From positions 992,001-1,056,000 of the forward strand of contig OZ244239.1 in assembly GCA_965217115.1 (NCBI GenBank): a stretch of 64,000 bases of DNA. Direction: 5' to 3'. The stretch comes from Bdellovibrionales bacterium. GTDB taxonomy: Bacteria > Bdellovibrionota > Bdellovibrionia > Bdellovibrionales > CAYMLA01. A program made the position numbers and the translations under genes. This document shows positions 41,710 through 51,592 of the stretch, piece by piece. The notes below the pieces were generated by a model, which had not been told where the DNA came from, made no database searches, and was given only the letters and a program-made list of their open reading frames with translations. Each line of letters begins with the position of its first letter. Position 1 is the first letter of the stretch.

Positions 41710-42891
41710 ATGGCAGTGATTGTATTAAAATTTGGTGGTAGTACTCTTAAAAACCCTGACTTAATCAAATCAGCGGCTCAACGTATTGCGTGCTTAAAAA
41801 AACAAAATCACGACATCATAGTTGTCGTTAGTGCCATGGGGGCCTCTACCAGTAATCTTCTAAATATGGCCTATGATATCTCCTCAAAACCTTGCCGTCG
41901 AGAAATGGATATGCTCATAACTGCCGGTGAAAGAATCAGCATGGCTCTTTTCAGCATCGCTTTACAAGAAGAGGGATGTCCTGCCATTAGTTTTACGGGA
42001 AGTCAGGCCGGAATCTTGACAACAAACTCCCACAGAGGAGCTGAAATCAAAGAGTTAAAACCACTTCGTGTCAAAGAAGCTCTGGAACAAGGGAAAATCG
42101 CTGTTTTAGCTGGCTTTCAGGGCGTCTCTCCTGAAACAAAAGAAGTCACAACCCTCGGACGAGGGGGATCTGATATTACGGCTGTTGCTTTTGCCCATCA
42201 TTTTCAGGCTAAACATTGCGAAATTCTAAAAGATGTTGATGGTGTCTATTCCTATGATCCAAAATTACTGCCTCAAAGCCGTTTACTTAGTCATATCTCC
42301 AGTCAAAGTTTTTCATCCATGACTTTCTGGGGTGCTCAAGTTCTCTACTATAAGGCCGCACAATTAGCCGAAGAAAAAAAAGTTTCTCTAATCATCCGCA
42401 ATGCTTTTAATGACTCCGCAGGAACTAAAATCACCCATGAGAAAGAAACCTCTTTTCAATGGTTATCTATCAGCTCTCACAAGCAAGTCTGGTCTGTACA
42501 AAAAAAAATAGGCTTCAATGAAAAATCTTTCTTTGAAACCTGTCAGAAAAACCAAATTCCTATCCCTACTATCCTGAGTAAAAACGAAAATTCCTTATGG
42601 CTTACAATAGACCAAGAGAATCAACCACAACTGAGCACTCTTCTCATAAAAACTTTCGACCAAATCCATATAAAAAGCTTTTCTTCAGTTTCTTTAATTG
42701 CCAACTCTACAATTCAAGAAAACCATAAAAAAAACATTCTAGCTCAAATAGATCTCTACAGAAAAAATATTTTTGATATACAACAAACAGACAACACCCT
42801 TTCTTTTTGGATTCCTTCAGGGGCAGGAGATGACTTTATACAACATCTTCACCTTTCTCTTGGCTTGAGCACAAAGCTCATTAAACAATAA
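41710..42891 (+). CDS. lysC: aspartate kinase
   Basis: KFGGST, VVSAMG, GERIS, AGFQG, TTLGRGGSD, DVDGVY..DP. Confidence 0.9.
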   Translation: MAVIVLKFGGSTLKNPDLIKSAAQRIACLKKQNHDIIVVVSAMGASTSNLLNMAYDISSKPCRREMDMLITAGERISMALFSIALQEEGCPAISFTGSQAGILTTNSHRGAEIKELKPLRVKEALEQGKIAVLAGFQGVSPETKEVTTLGRGGSDITAVAFAHHFQAKHCEILKDVDGVYSYDPKLLPQSRLLSHISSQSFSSMTFWGAQVLYYKAAQLAEEKKVSLIIRNAFNDSAGTKITHEKETSFQWLSISSHKQVWSVQKKIGFNEKSFFETCQKNQIPIPTILSKNENSLWLTIDQENQPQLSTLLIKTFDQIHIKSFSSVSLIANSTIQENHKKNILAQIDLYRKNIFDIQQTDNTLSFWIPSGAGDDFIQHLHLSLGLSTKLIKQ

Positions 42892-42931
42892 AGAACCCCA
42901 TTAAAAACGATATCTCTTTAGCCAGATCAGA

Positions 42932-44323
42932 TTAAAAAGGCCCACAAACAAGAGCCCTCTGCACTCCCTTGCCCATTGTCTCAATGCCATTAATAAGCTT
43001 CTCCCTCTCCAATAAAACAGAGATAATATGTTCACTGTAACGATCCGCCGTCTCCTTCATCATGCCCATCATCGGCCAACCCCATAAAGAGGCAAAGTAA
43101 ACACCATCTTCCACAAAATAAGGATCATTGAGAAAAGTACAGGACATTACATTTTCTATTGCGCAACGATTCGTAGGACTTCCTCCAACCAGATCAATAA
43201 TCACTGAATTATCAGGAATCAAATTCTTTACATGATCTTTGGTGATTAAAAAATTCTTTCCTCGTAATTCCACTGGCTGTTCTGCTCCATTCACTATCAA
43301 ATCAACATTTGACAAATAACCTTCAATACGCCCTTTAACTGTGTTACGATGACCGAGAATACTAATTTTCTTCACACCATGATCGTAAATCTCTCGAATA
43401 GCCCCCATTCCCACATTGCCGTATCCCATAACAACCACTTTAAAATCAGCGAGGTTCTTATCTTTTAATTTTTTCTCCCTAAGCAGCCTCAACCCATAGC
43501 GAGCACCTGCCTGCCCTGTTTCATGCAAACACTGAATTCGACGTAAACCAAATTCAAAAGGCGGGTTCTCTTCGCGATAAGTTTGAATTTCCTTATCTCC
43601 CTTTTCTTCCTCAAACTCTGTTAAATCAAAAACCTGTAGCGATTTTTCTTCAAGGAGCTTAATCAAATTCATATCACCTTTAAAAATTTTTGAATCATAG
43701 AAAAACAAACTTTTATCTGTAATTTCTCCTAAATCCTCTAATTTTACATTGTCATTCCAAAGAGTTAAAGAATTAACTGAACGATTTCCTGCTCGGCGCA
43801 GTCCTCCCATTAAACGAGACGAATAACCCAAAACATTTAAATCAATGTCCTCTCCAGCTATCGTCTGTCTATTTAAAAACTCAAACATTGCGACCTTACT
43901 TAAAATAATTTCATCCAATACAAATTTAGGCGACTCTAGAATTTCTTCCATAGCAATCACATTGATTTGGCTTTTTTCAAGAAGACTTGCTCTGTCAGGA
44001 TAAGAGTGAAAATGGGCCATACAAAAAAGTGTGGCTCCATGGGACATCATTTCAACAGCCTCCATTGATGGACCCTTAAATTTAATCACCATATCTTTCT
44101 GAGAATAAATACTTCCATAATCCTCTAACTTAGCCCCCGCCTTAATATACGCCTCATCAGAATACCCCACTCTTTTTCCCGCCCCTCTTTCAACATAAAC
44201 CTCACAGCCAGCTTCAACAAGAGAGCCTACTCCTCTAGGGTTCAAGGCCACTCTCTCTTCCTTAGCCCCTGGATTTTCAGGAGATTCATTCTCTTTCACC
44301 AAAGCCACTTTTTTATATTTCAT
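42932..44323 (-). CDS. alanine dehydrogenase/PNT-family NAD(P)-dependent oxidoreductase (start likely ATG 44323)
   Basis: KE...EERVALNP, VERGAG, KFKGP, IAMEEI N-domain; MGYGNVGMGA Rossmann motif, VIIDL. Confidence 0.72.
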   Translation of the reverse strand: MKYKKVALVKENESPENPGAKEERVALNPRGVGSLVEAGCEVYVERGAGKRVGYSDEAYIKAGAKLEDYGSIYSQKDMVIKFKGPSMEAVEMMSHGATLFCMAHFHSYPDRASLLEKSQINVIAMEEILESPKFVLDEIILSKVAMFEFLNRQTIAGEDIDLNVLGYSSRLMGGLRRAGNRSVNSLTLWNDNVKLEDLGEITDKSLFFYDSKIFKGDMNLIKLLEEKSLQVFDLTEFEEEKGDKEIQTYREENPPFEFGLRRIQCLHETGQAGARYGLRLLREKKLKDKNLADFKVVVMGYGNVGMGAIREIYDHGVKKISILGHRNTVKGRIEGYLSNVDLIVNGAEQPVELRGKNFLITKDHVKNLIPDNSVIIDLVGGSPTNRCAIENVMSCTFLNDPYFVEDGVYFASLWGWPMMGMMKETADRYSEHIISVLLEREKLINGIETMGKGVQRALVCGPF

Positions 44324-44353
44324 TTCTACCCCTGACTTATTCACCATAAAGCG

Positions 44354-44383
44354 ATTTACAGTTAATATCTGTTAACTGTAAAT
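44354..44383. promoter_or_regulatory. perfect 12-bp inverted repeat, candidate operator
   Basis: ATTTACAGTTAA-N6-TTAACTGTAAAT about 30 nt upstream of the dehydrogenase start. Confidence 0.5.
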
Positions 44384-44398
44384 TTTAACCTAAAATAT

Positions 44399-44432
44399 AA
44401 AAAACTCCTGCTTGATACAAGCAGAAGTTTTT
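44399..44432 (-). terminator. intrinsic terminator downstream of recA
   Basis: minus strand AACTTCTGCTTG-TAT-CAAGCAGGAGTT followed by a T tract. Confidence 0.7.
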
Positions 44433-44496
44433 CGACAACTGATAATAATTTTCCCACTCCATCTCAAATAATGAAGGACAAACCCTCTTTAAAAGA

Positions 44497-45600
44497 TCAC
44501 TTTCTAGCTCCTTTACGAACTTTTTTTTCAGGAGCAGGAACTGGCGTTACCTCCGACCCCATGGATTTTTTTTCGGCATTAGATTCATTTTCAATAATAC
44601 CACTGACCTTTAGGATTTTCTGTCGTAATTCAGTGATTATTTTAGGATTTTCTTTTAGAAAGATTTTTGCCGCATCACGCCCTTGCCCCATTCTTTCACC
44701 ATTATAGCTGTACCAAGCACCCGCTTTCTCAGCAAACTCATGCTTCACTGCAAGATCTAAAATATCACCTTCAGTGGAAATTCCCTCTCCGTACATAAGG
44801 TCAAATTCAACTCTTTGAAAGGGAGCGGCCATTTTGTTTTTTACAACCTTTACAGCTGTTCGGTTCCCCACAACAACATCCCCATTTTTAATAGCGCCAA
44901 TACGGCGAATATCCAAACGCACTGAGGAATAGAATTTAAGGGCATTGCCACCTGTTGTCGTTTCTGGATTTCCAAACATCACTCCTATTTTCATTCGTAT
45001 TTGGTTTATAAAAATCACTAATGTGTTACTACGATTGATTGATCCTGTTAATTTTCTCAATGCCTGAGACATTAATCGAGCCTGAAGACCCATGTGACTA
45101 TCTCCCATGTCTCCTTCAATCTCAGCACGAGGAACCAACGCCGCAACCGAATCCACAACTAAAACATCAATCGCTCCCGATCTCACTAAAGTTTCTGTGA
45201 TTTCCAACGCCTGCTCACCTGTATCCGGCTGAGAGATCAAAAGATCTTCAGTCCTAACACCCAATTTCTTGGCATAGGTGACGTCCAAAGCATGCTCAGC
45301 GTCGACAAATGCAACAACTCCCCCCTCTTTTTGAGCCTCGGCAATGGCCTGTAGACAAAGTGTTGTTTTACCTGAACTCTCTGGACCATAAACTTCAACA
45401 ATCCGCCCTTTTGGCAATCCACCAATTCCCAAAGCAAGATCTAAACTCAAAGCCCCTGTACTTATGGAAGGCACATTGACTTTTTTGTTATTATTTCCGA
45501 GACGCATAATAGCCCCTTTGCCAAATTGCTTCTCAATAGAAGCCATGGCCATATCAATGGCTTTTCCCTTGTTCGGATCTCTCTCAATAGTTGCTTTCAT
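44497..45600 (-). CDS. recA: recombinase A
   Basis: [36 protein letters not shown]. Confidence 0.99.
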   Translation of the reverse strand: MKATIERDPNKGKAIDMAMASIEKQFGKGAIMRLGNNNKKVNVPSISTGALSLDLALGIGGLPKGRIVEVYGPESSGKTTLCLQAIAEAQKEGGVVAFVDAEHALDVTYAKKLGVRTEDLLISQPDTGEQALEITETLVRSGAIDVLVVDSVAALVPRAEIEGDMGDSHMGLQARLMSQALRKLTGSINRSNTLVIFINQIRMKIGVMFGNPETTTGGNALKFYSSVRLDIRRIGAIKNGDVVVGNRTAVKVVKNKMAAPFQRVEFDLMYGEGISTEGDILDLAVKHEFAEKAGAWYSYNGERMGQGRDAAKIFLKENPKIITELRQKILKVSGIIENESNAEKKSMGSEVTPVPAPEKKVRKGARK

Positions 45601-45706
45601 TCTTCTTCCCTCCGTGTTGCTTGGTTATCGTGGATTTGCTGCCAAACGGTTATACCCTCTTCATTACTCGAATCTAACCATTTCACAACAAGCCCACTGT
45701 TGTTAT

Positions 45707-46201
45707 TCATTGTTTGTTCTCTTCTTTAATGCTTTCACTTAATAATTCAAAAATTCTTAAAGCCGATTTCTCTTGAACACGCTTACGATCGCCTGAAAAT
45801 TTTTTTCTCTCTGTTTTTTCAATTTTTGGACCAACAAGACCAAAGCACACCGTACCTACAGGTTTTTCTTTCGTACCACCCGTCGGACCTGCCACACCTG
45901 TCACAGAAACACTCCAATCCGATTTTAACCTCTCACGAACTCCCAAAGCCATCTCCATTGCAACCTGCTCGCTCACCGCGCCTCTCTCTTCTATTAATTT
46001 CTCTCTTACCCCCAAAACATCAATCTTACTTTTATTAGAATAGGAGACCACACTTCCCTGGAAAACCTCGGACACACCCGAAAGTTCCGTTAAAATAGAG
46101 GACGCCAACCCCCCCGTACAACTCTCGGCAAAAGACACCGTCCACTGATTTTTTTTCATCAATTCAACTAAATTCTTCACCAGTTCCAACCTATCAATCA
46201 C
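45707..46201 (-). CDS. cinA: CinA C-terminal domain protein (NMN deamidase, PncC-type)
   Basis: AESCTGG, YSN..K, GAVS, TGVAGP.GG..EKPVG. Confidence 0.92.
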   Translation of the reverse strand: MIDRLELVKNLVELMKKNQWTVSFAESCTGGLASSILTELSGVSEVFQGSVVSYSNKSKIDVLGVREKLIEERGAVSEQVAMEMALGVRERLKSDWSVSVTGVAGPTGGTKEKPVGTVCFGLVGPKIEKTERKKFSGDRKRVQEKSALRIFELLSESIKEENKQ

Positions 46202-46203
46202 AG

Positions 46204-46761
46204 TTAACCACCATTAAAAATCACAGGAGAAAATGACTCCCCTAACCAATCTGTCCGTCGATACATCACCTGTAAAATACCACTCGTAACCAAACCCGCA
46301 GCCACGTCATCTAAAACAACTCCCAATCCCCCCCCCACTTTTCGATCCAGATGACCTATGAAAAGGGGTTTCCAAATATCAAACACCCGAAACAAAACAA
46401 ACGCTCCTAAAAAGGACTGCCAAGTCATAGGAAGCCACGTCATTGCCACCAAAAAACCTGCCACCTCATCAATCACCACTTCGCTAGCATCGTGTGGCCC
46501 CCCGCGCTCTTCATACAAATGACAAATCCAAACACTGAAGGCAATAAATAGATAAGTCGCCACCATGTAACCGACGTTACCAAACTGATAAAAACAATAA
46601 ACCAAGGGAACACCCAAAAGAGTTCCCACTGTTCCAGGCATCCAAGGCGCCCTACCTAACCAAAATCCCAAAGCAAAAAATTTAACCAACGATTTAGTCA
46701 GCGATTCAATCAGACCTCTCTGTCCCTCGTCGCCTCTATCTCTACTTAAATTCTCTCCCAT
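46204..46761 (-). CDS. pgpA: phosphatidylglycerophosphatase A
   Basis: PGTVGT, HDASEVVIDEVAG, FRVFDIWKP, GGLGVVLDD. Confidence 0.93.
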   Translation of the reverse strand: MGENLSRDRGDEGQRGLIESLTKSLVKFFALGFWLGRAPWMPGTVGTLLGVPLVYCFYQFGNVGYMVATYLFIAFSVWICHLYEERGGPHDASEVVIDEVAGFLVAMTWLPMTWQSFLGAFVLFRVFDIWKPLFIGHLDRKVGGGLGVVLDDVAAGLVTSGILQVMYRRTDWLGESFSPVIFNGG

Positions 46762-46939
46762 TAAACCCTCTCAATATTCTCACAGACATTAGTCTAGCTC
46801 TGTTTTATAGAAATTTTATACCAAATTCATGCTCAATTTCACCCAAGGCCCAAACTCTGTCAGGCTTACCCGCCATATCCAATCTGCGCTTATCCTCAAA
46901 AAGTGCCCCTGCTCTGCGTCGGTATAAATAAGCTCTGAT

Positions 46940-46973
46940 GTGTAAGTTATGTGTAAATAAAGTGTAAGTCAAT
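46940..46973 (-). promoter_or_regulatory. sigma-70 promoter of pgpA-cinA-recA overlapped by three TTACAC direct repeats
   Basis: minus strand TTGACT-N17-TAACTT; GTGTAA at 46940, 46951 and 46962 (11-bp period). Confidence 0.5.
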
Positions 46974-47169
46974 GGGCTTTCATAAAAAACCCGACTTAAT
47001 TCCAATAAGCCTATTTCCAACTTCCAAATGACTCACTTCAAAAATGAAAATCTCGGACCAGGTGAGACGATCCCGGCAAAAATACTTAAATGAAAGTCAG
47101 AGAGTTTTCCTCCACGAACTGCTTGCCTAAGTAAATGACATTGACGCTAAATAGTTACGAAGTCTATAT

Positions 47170-47661
47170 ATGTACACTGTGAAAGAAAAAAATAACAAAA
47201 CAACAACGCCCTACCGCAAACCTTGTCAACATCGAATGATGGACTTTCTCTCCAGATGCAACTACTCCGAAAAAGAACTGAAACAAAAACTCTCTCGATC
47301 CTCTTACCAATACACCCAAATTGAAATTGACAATTCTCTCAAGTACGCCAAAGACCACGGTTATCTACTTCCTCCAGATGAACTCTCTCAACGTGTCGCC
47401 CTCAACCTACATCAGAAAAATAAAGGCATTCTATATATAAATAATTATCTCAGAGAAAAGGGCCTGCCCTCCGTTGATAAAGACTTCGGTTTGGAAAACA
47501 AAAAGGCTCTTGAGATTATCGAACGACGCCTCTCTCTAAGCGACAGACAAAATGACAAAACCACACTCTCTTTTGAAGAAAAACAAAAAATTCAACGCCA
47601 ACTACACAATCGAGGCTTTGACTTCGAAACAATAAAAAAGGCTATCCATGAAAAGTTCTGA
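47170..47661 (+). CDS. recX: regulatory protein RecX
   Basis: LSRCNYSEKELKQKL, HGYL, KG...I...LREKG, LHNRGF; directly upstream of alaS. Confidence 0.8.
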   Translation: MYTVKEKNNKTTTPYRKPCQHRMMDFLSRCNYSEKELKQKLSRSSYQYTQIEIDNSLKYAKDHGYLLPPDELSQRVALNLHQKNKGILYINNYLREKGLPSVDKDFGLENKKALEIIERRLSLSDRQNDKTTLSFEEKQKIQRQLHNRGFDFETIKKAIHEKF

Positions 47662-50494
47662 AATCCGTCAAGCTTTTATCGATTATTTCAAAAAGCATGA
47701 ACACACACATATTTCAAGTAGTAGTCTCATCCCTGAAGATGATCCAACCCTACTTTTTACCAACGCTGGTATGAATCAATTTAAAAACACTTTCACTGGT
47801 CTAGAAACAAAGGCTTATAAAACAGCCGCCACATCACAAAAATGCGTGCGTGCTGGAGGTAAACACAACGATCTAGACAATGTTGGTCACACAGCACGTC
47901 ACCATACTTTCTTTGAAATGCTCGGTAATTTTTCCTTTGGGGATTATTTTAAAAAAGAAGCCATTCACTATGCATGGGATTTTCTCACCAACACTCTTAA
48001 TATTCCTAAAGACAAACTCTACGTCACCGTTTTTGAAACGGATGATGAGGCTGCCGATCTCTGGCACACACAAGAAGGTCTTTCAAAAAATCGCATCTTT
48101 CGCTTTGGTGAAGCTGATAACTTCTGGCGCATGGGCGACTCTGGTCCCTGTGGCCCTTGTTCGGAAATTTTTTACGATCATGGTCCCGATTTTGGAGAGT
48201 ACCCCTCTGTCAAAGAAGGTATTGCCAGTGGAGACGATCGTTATGTTGAGATATGGAACCTGGTTTTCATGCAATATCTTGAAAACGAGAATGGCAAACG
48301 CTCCCCTTTGCCAACCCCCTCCATCGATACTGGTGCAGGCCTAGAACGACTTGCCGCTATTATGCAAAATACCCCCAATAATTATGACACTGATATTTTC
48401 TTGGCTATTATTAAAGAAATTGAAAACATCAGCAAAAAAAAATACATCAACGATTCTAAAATTCTTTCAAAAAATAAAGACATTCGAAAAAATACCGCCG
48501 CTATGCGCGTTCTTGCAGATCATGCCCGCTCCTGTGCCTTTCTTATCGCCGACGGAGTGATGCCCGCTAACGAAGGACGTGGATATATCTTACGTCGCAT
48601 CCTTCGCCGAGGAATCCGTTACGGAAAAACTCTCACAGAAAAATCTATCCTACCATCTCTTACTCCTATCGTCGTGGAACTTATGGGGAACGCTTATCCT
48701 GAGCTAAAAGAGCGTCGTGACTTAATTCGACAAACCATCAGAGACGAGGAGACTCGATTTTTAGAAACTCTCGATAAGGGAACTCTAATTCTTAATGAAG
48801 CTCTGAAGCTATTGGATAACAAAGAACAAAAAACACTCGACGGTATCACAGCTTTTAAACTTTACGACACCTATGGTTTTCCCTTAGACCTGACAAAAAT
48901 CATGGCTGCAGAAAAAGGTTGTTCCGTCGATGACGAATCCTTTGAAAAATCTATGGAAGAAGCTCGCTTCACAGCCAAAGCTAGCTGGAAGGGCAAAGGC
49001 CTCTCACAAAATGAAGCCCATCTTATTGAGCTAACACAGTCCGCAAAAGAAACACTCAGAAAGTCCAAGAACAGTGACACCACAGAAACTTTCTCTGGTT
49101 ACGGAGATAATTTAAAATTAGAGAAAGAGCCTGTCTTATTTATTTCTGATGGCGACAAAATTGTTTCAGAACTTGGCAGAGACCAAGAGGGGATTTTAGT
49201 TTTTGCAACCACCCCTTTCTACGGTGAAAGTGGTGGACAAGCAGGCGATATTGGAACGATCATCACAATTGATGCCTCCTGTAAAATGCAAGTCCTCGAC
49301 TGCACAAAACGCCTCGGTATCGTCTGTCATCACGTCAAAATGTTAAACGGGACTCTTAGGAATAAAGATCGCTGCCATCTAAAGGTTGACCCTGAACACA
49401 GATATAACTCTATGGCTAATCACTCGGCCACCCACTTGCTTCACGGTGCTCTGCGCGAGGTCCTCGGTTCACATATCACTCAATCGGGATCACTCGTCAC
49501 TGCCGAAAAATTACGTTTTGATTTTACCCACAATAAGCCACTCACTTCTGGACAGATAAATAAAATCGAGGAACTTGTCCAAGAAGGGGTTTTTCAACAC
49601 ACATCTGTTCACACAGAAGAGATGTCACCTCAAGAAGCCATCGATTCTGGCGCTCTGGCTCTCTTTGGTGAAAAATATGGCTCCTCTGTAAGGGTTGTCA
49701 AGATGGGAAGATTCTCAACTGAACTTTGTGGAGGAACCCATGTCCCTGATACCTCGTGGATTTATGACTTTATTATCACAAGTGAAACGGGGATTAGTTC
49801 CGGTGTTCGTCGCATAGAAGCTATTACTGGCAAAAAAGCCTTTGATTACAATCTTGAAAATCGGCGACAAATAGAATTGGCAAAAAAAGATATCAACATG
49901 AATTACATTCCTACCATTGCCGAAGTCGCAAGAGAAAAAGAAATCAAACTAATAGAAGAACAAAAGTTGCAAATAGAAAAAAACCGTGACTCCACCACAT
50001 CGAAAACTTTAGCTACCTCAACCACTTCAGATATCGACCTTTATCTCATAAATAAAAAACTAAGAGAAAAGGATGAAATTATCAGATGCCTAGAAAAAAA
50101 CATCAAATCCCTTAAGAAGGCTCAAATAGATATTGAACCAATTCTTAGTGAAGCACGATCATTTCAATCAGGTGAACAAAAAGGACTTTTGGTGATCGCT
50201 GATTTAAAATTGGATGACCGTGAGGTTCTAACTGACATCAGCGATAAATTAAAAAATAAAGTTGGTACTGGAATTGTCATCATTATTGGTCAGGGAGAAT
50301 CTTCCCATCCTCTCATCGTCTCTGTCAGCAAAGACTTAACCAAAGCCTATCATGCTGGCAATCTACTCAAAGAAATTTCCTCCACCATGGGCGGAAAAGG
50401 CGGGGGGCGACCTGACTTTGCTCAAGGAGCCGCTCCTAATCGTGATAAAATCAAAGAAGCTTTCGATAAAGCCTCTTCAATGATTCTACAGTAG
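47648..50494 (+). CDS. alaS: alanine--tRNA ligase
   Basis: LFTNAGM, HHTFFEMLGNFSFGDYFK, HSATHLL, ELCGGTH, GGKGGG. Confidence 0.98.
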   Translation: MKSSEIRQAFIDYFKKHEHTHISSSSLIPEDDPTLLFTNAGMNQFKNTFTGLETKAYKTAATSQKCVRAGGKHNDLDNVGHTARHHTFFEMLGNFSFGDYFKKEAIHYAWDFLTNTLNIPKDKLYVTVFETDDEAADLWHTQEGLSKNRIFRFGEADNFWRMGDSGPCGPCSEIFYDHGPDFGEYPSVKEGIASGDDRYVEIWNLVFMQYLENENGKRSPLPTPSIDTGAGLERLAAIMQNTPNNYDTDIFLAIIKEIENISKKKYINDSKILSKNKDIRKNTAAMRVLADHARSCAFLIADGVMPANEGRGYILRRILRRGIRYGKTLTEKSILPSLTPIVVELMGNAYPELKERRDLIRQTIRDEETRFLETLDKGTLILNEALKLLDNKEQKTLDGITAFKLYDTYGFPLDLTKIMAAEKGCSVDDESFEKSMEEARFTAKASWKGKGLSQNEAHLIELTQSAKETLRKSKNSDTTETFSGYGDNLKLEKEPVLFISDGDKIVSELGRDQEGILVFATTPFYGESGGQAGDIGTIITIDASCKMQVLDCTKRLGIVCHHVKMLNGTLRNKDRCHLKVDPEHRYNSMANHSATHLLHGALREVLGSHITQSGSLVTAEKLRFDFTHNKPLTSGQINKIEELVQEGVFQHTSVHTEEMSPQEAIDSGALALFGEKYGSSVRVVKMGRFSTELCGGTHVPDTSWIYDFIITSETGISSGVRRIEAITGKKAFDYNLENRRQIELAKKDINMNYIPTIAEVAREKEIKLIEEQKLQIEKNRDSTTSKTLATSTTSDIDLYLINKKLREKDEIIRCLEKNIKSLKKAQIDIEPILSEARSFQSGEQKGLLVIADLKLDDREVLTDISDKLKNKVGTGIVIIIGQGESSHPLIVSVSKDLTKAYHAGNLLKEISSTMGGKGGGRPDFAQGAAPNRDKIKEAFDKASSMILQ

Positions 50495-50505
50495 ACTCTA
50501 TAAAA

Positions 50506-51516
50506 ATGGCTCAGGGAGTAACTATTAAAACAACTCTCAAAACGACTGCCGACCAAAAAACTCTCCTTGATTGGTACAAAACCAACAAGCGTCCTCTGCC
50601 ATGGAGAAAAAATCGCGAACCCTACTCTGTGTGGATTTCAGAAATCATGTTACAACAGACCACTGTCACCGCTGTTATTCCCTATTATGAAAAATTTATG
50701 AAAATATTTCCCACACTCAAAGATCTCGCCTCTGCGCCAGAGAGCAAGGTTATTAAAAATTGGGCAGGCCTTGGTTATTATAGTCGCGCTCGCAACTTAT
50801 ATAAAGCGGCGCTGATTTTAAATAAACAGGGCTTTCCTAAAACCTACAAAGAACTCTTAAAACTCCCTGGCTTCGGTCCTTACACCTCAAGAGCTGTCTC
50901 CAGCATCGCTTTTAATGAAAACACGGGGGTCCTTGATGGCAATGTGATTCGAGTGCTTTCAAGGAAAAATGCTCTACTCAATAAATGGTGGACCACTGCG
51001 GGACGGGAGGAATTGCAAAACCTCTCCGATCAAATAGTCAGCAACACCCCTGCTCACAAGACCAATCAAGCCCTCATGGAGTTAGGCTCCACGATCTGCA
51101 CCCCAAGCACTCCAACATGTTTTCTTTGTCCATGGCTTAGCTCCTGCAAAGCACATAAACAAGGTGATCCACTGAAATACCCCCATAAAAGACCAAAACG
51201 ACCCAGAGAAATTTGGCACTGGAATGTAAAACTTATTTATCGGAAAAACATGGTCGTTCTTCTACCAAACACCTACACTCCTTTTCTCAAAAAACAATGG
51301 ATTTACCCTGGAACAATTAAACCACTTAATATCCCACCAAAATCCTTTAATTTTAAACACAGTATCACTCACCACGATATTCATGTGAGTGTTGAGATAT
51401 CTACACTACAAAAACTCTCCATATCTCAACGCAAAGAGAGTCGATGGTTTGAAATCAACAATATCTCTGAAGTGACGCCCTCTTCCTTGATAAAAAAAAT
51501 TTTAGAGACACATTAA
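50506..51516 (+). CDS. mutY: A/G-specific adenine glycosylase
   Basis: LPWR, SEIMLQQT, WAGLGYYSRARN, LPGFGPYT, DGNV, C-x6-C-x2-C-x5-C. Confidence 0.93.
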   Translation: MAQGVTIKTTLKTTADQKTLLDWYKTNKRPLPWRKNREPYSVWISEIMLQQTTVTAVIPYYEKFMKIFPTLKDLASAPESKVIKNWAGLGYYSRARNLYKAALILNKQGFPKTYKELLKLPGFGPYTSRAVSSIAFNENTGVLDGNVIRVLSRKNALLNKWWTTAGREELQNLSDQIVSNTPAHKTNQALMELGSTICTPSTPTCFLCPWLSSCKAHKQGDPLKYPHKRPKRPREIWHWNVKLIYRKNMVVLLPNTYTPFLKKQWIYPGTIKPLNIPPKSFNFKHSITHHDIHVSVEISTLQKLSISQRKESRWFEINNISEVTPSSLIKKILETH

Positions 51517-51592
51517 GATTCTGAATTAAACATGACATTGACACTAAAACCGCTATCTTCATGATTTCTTAATTTGAAACCTGACATGGCTT

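Noticed and set aside
46805..47020. 71-aa ORF in the pgpA/recX gap
   Set aside because: No recognisable features, and it overlaps the predicted promoter
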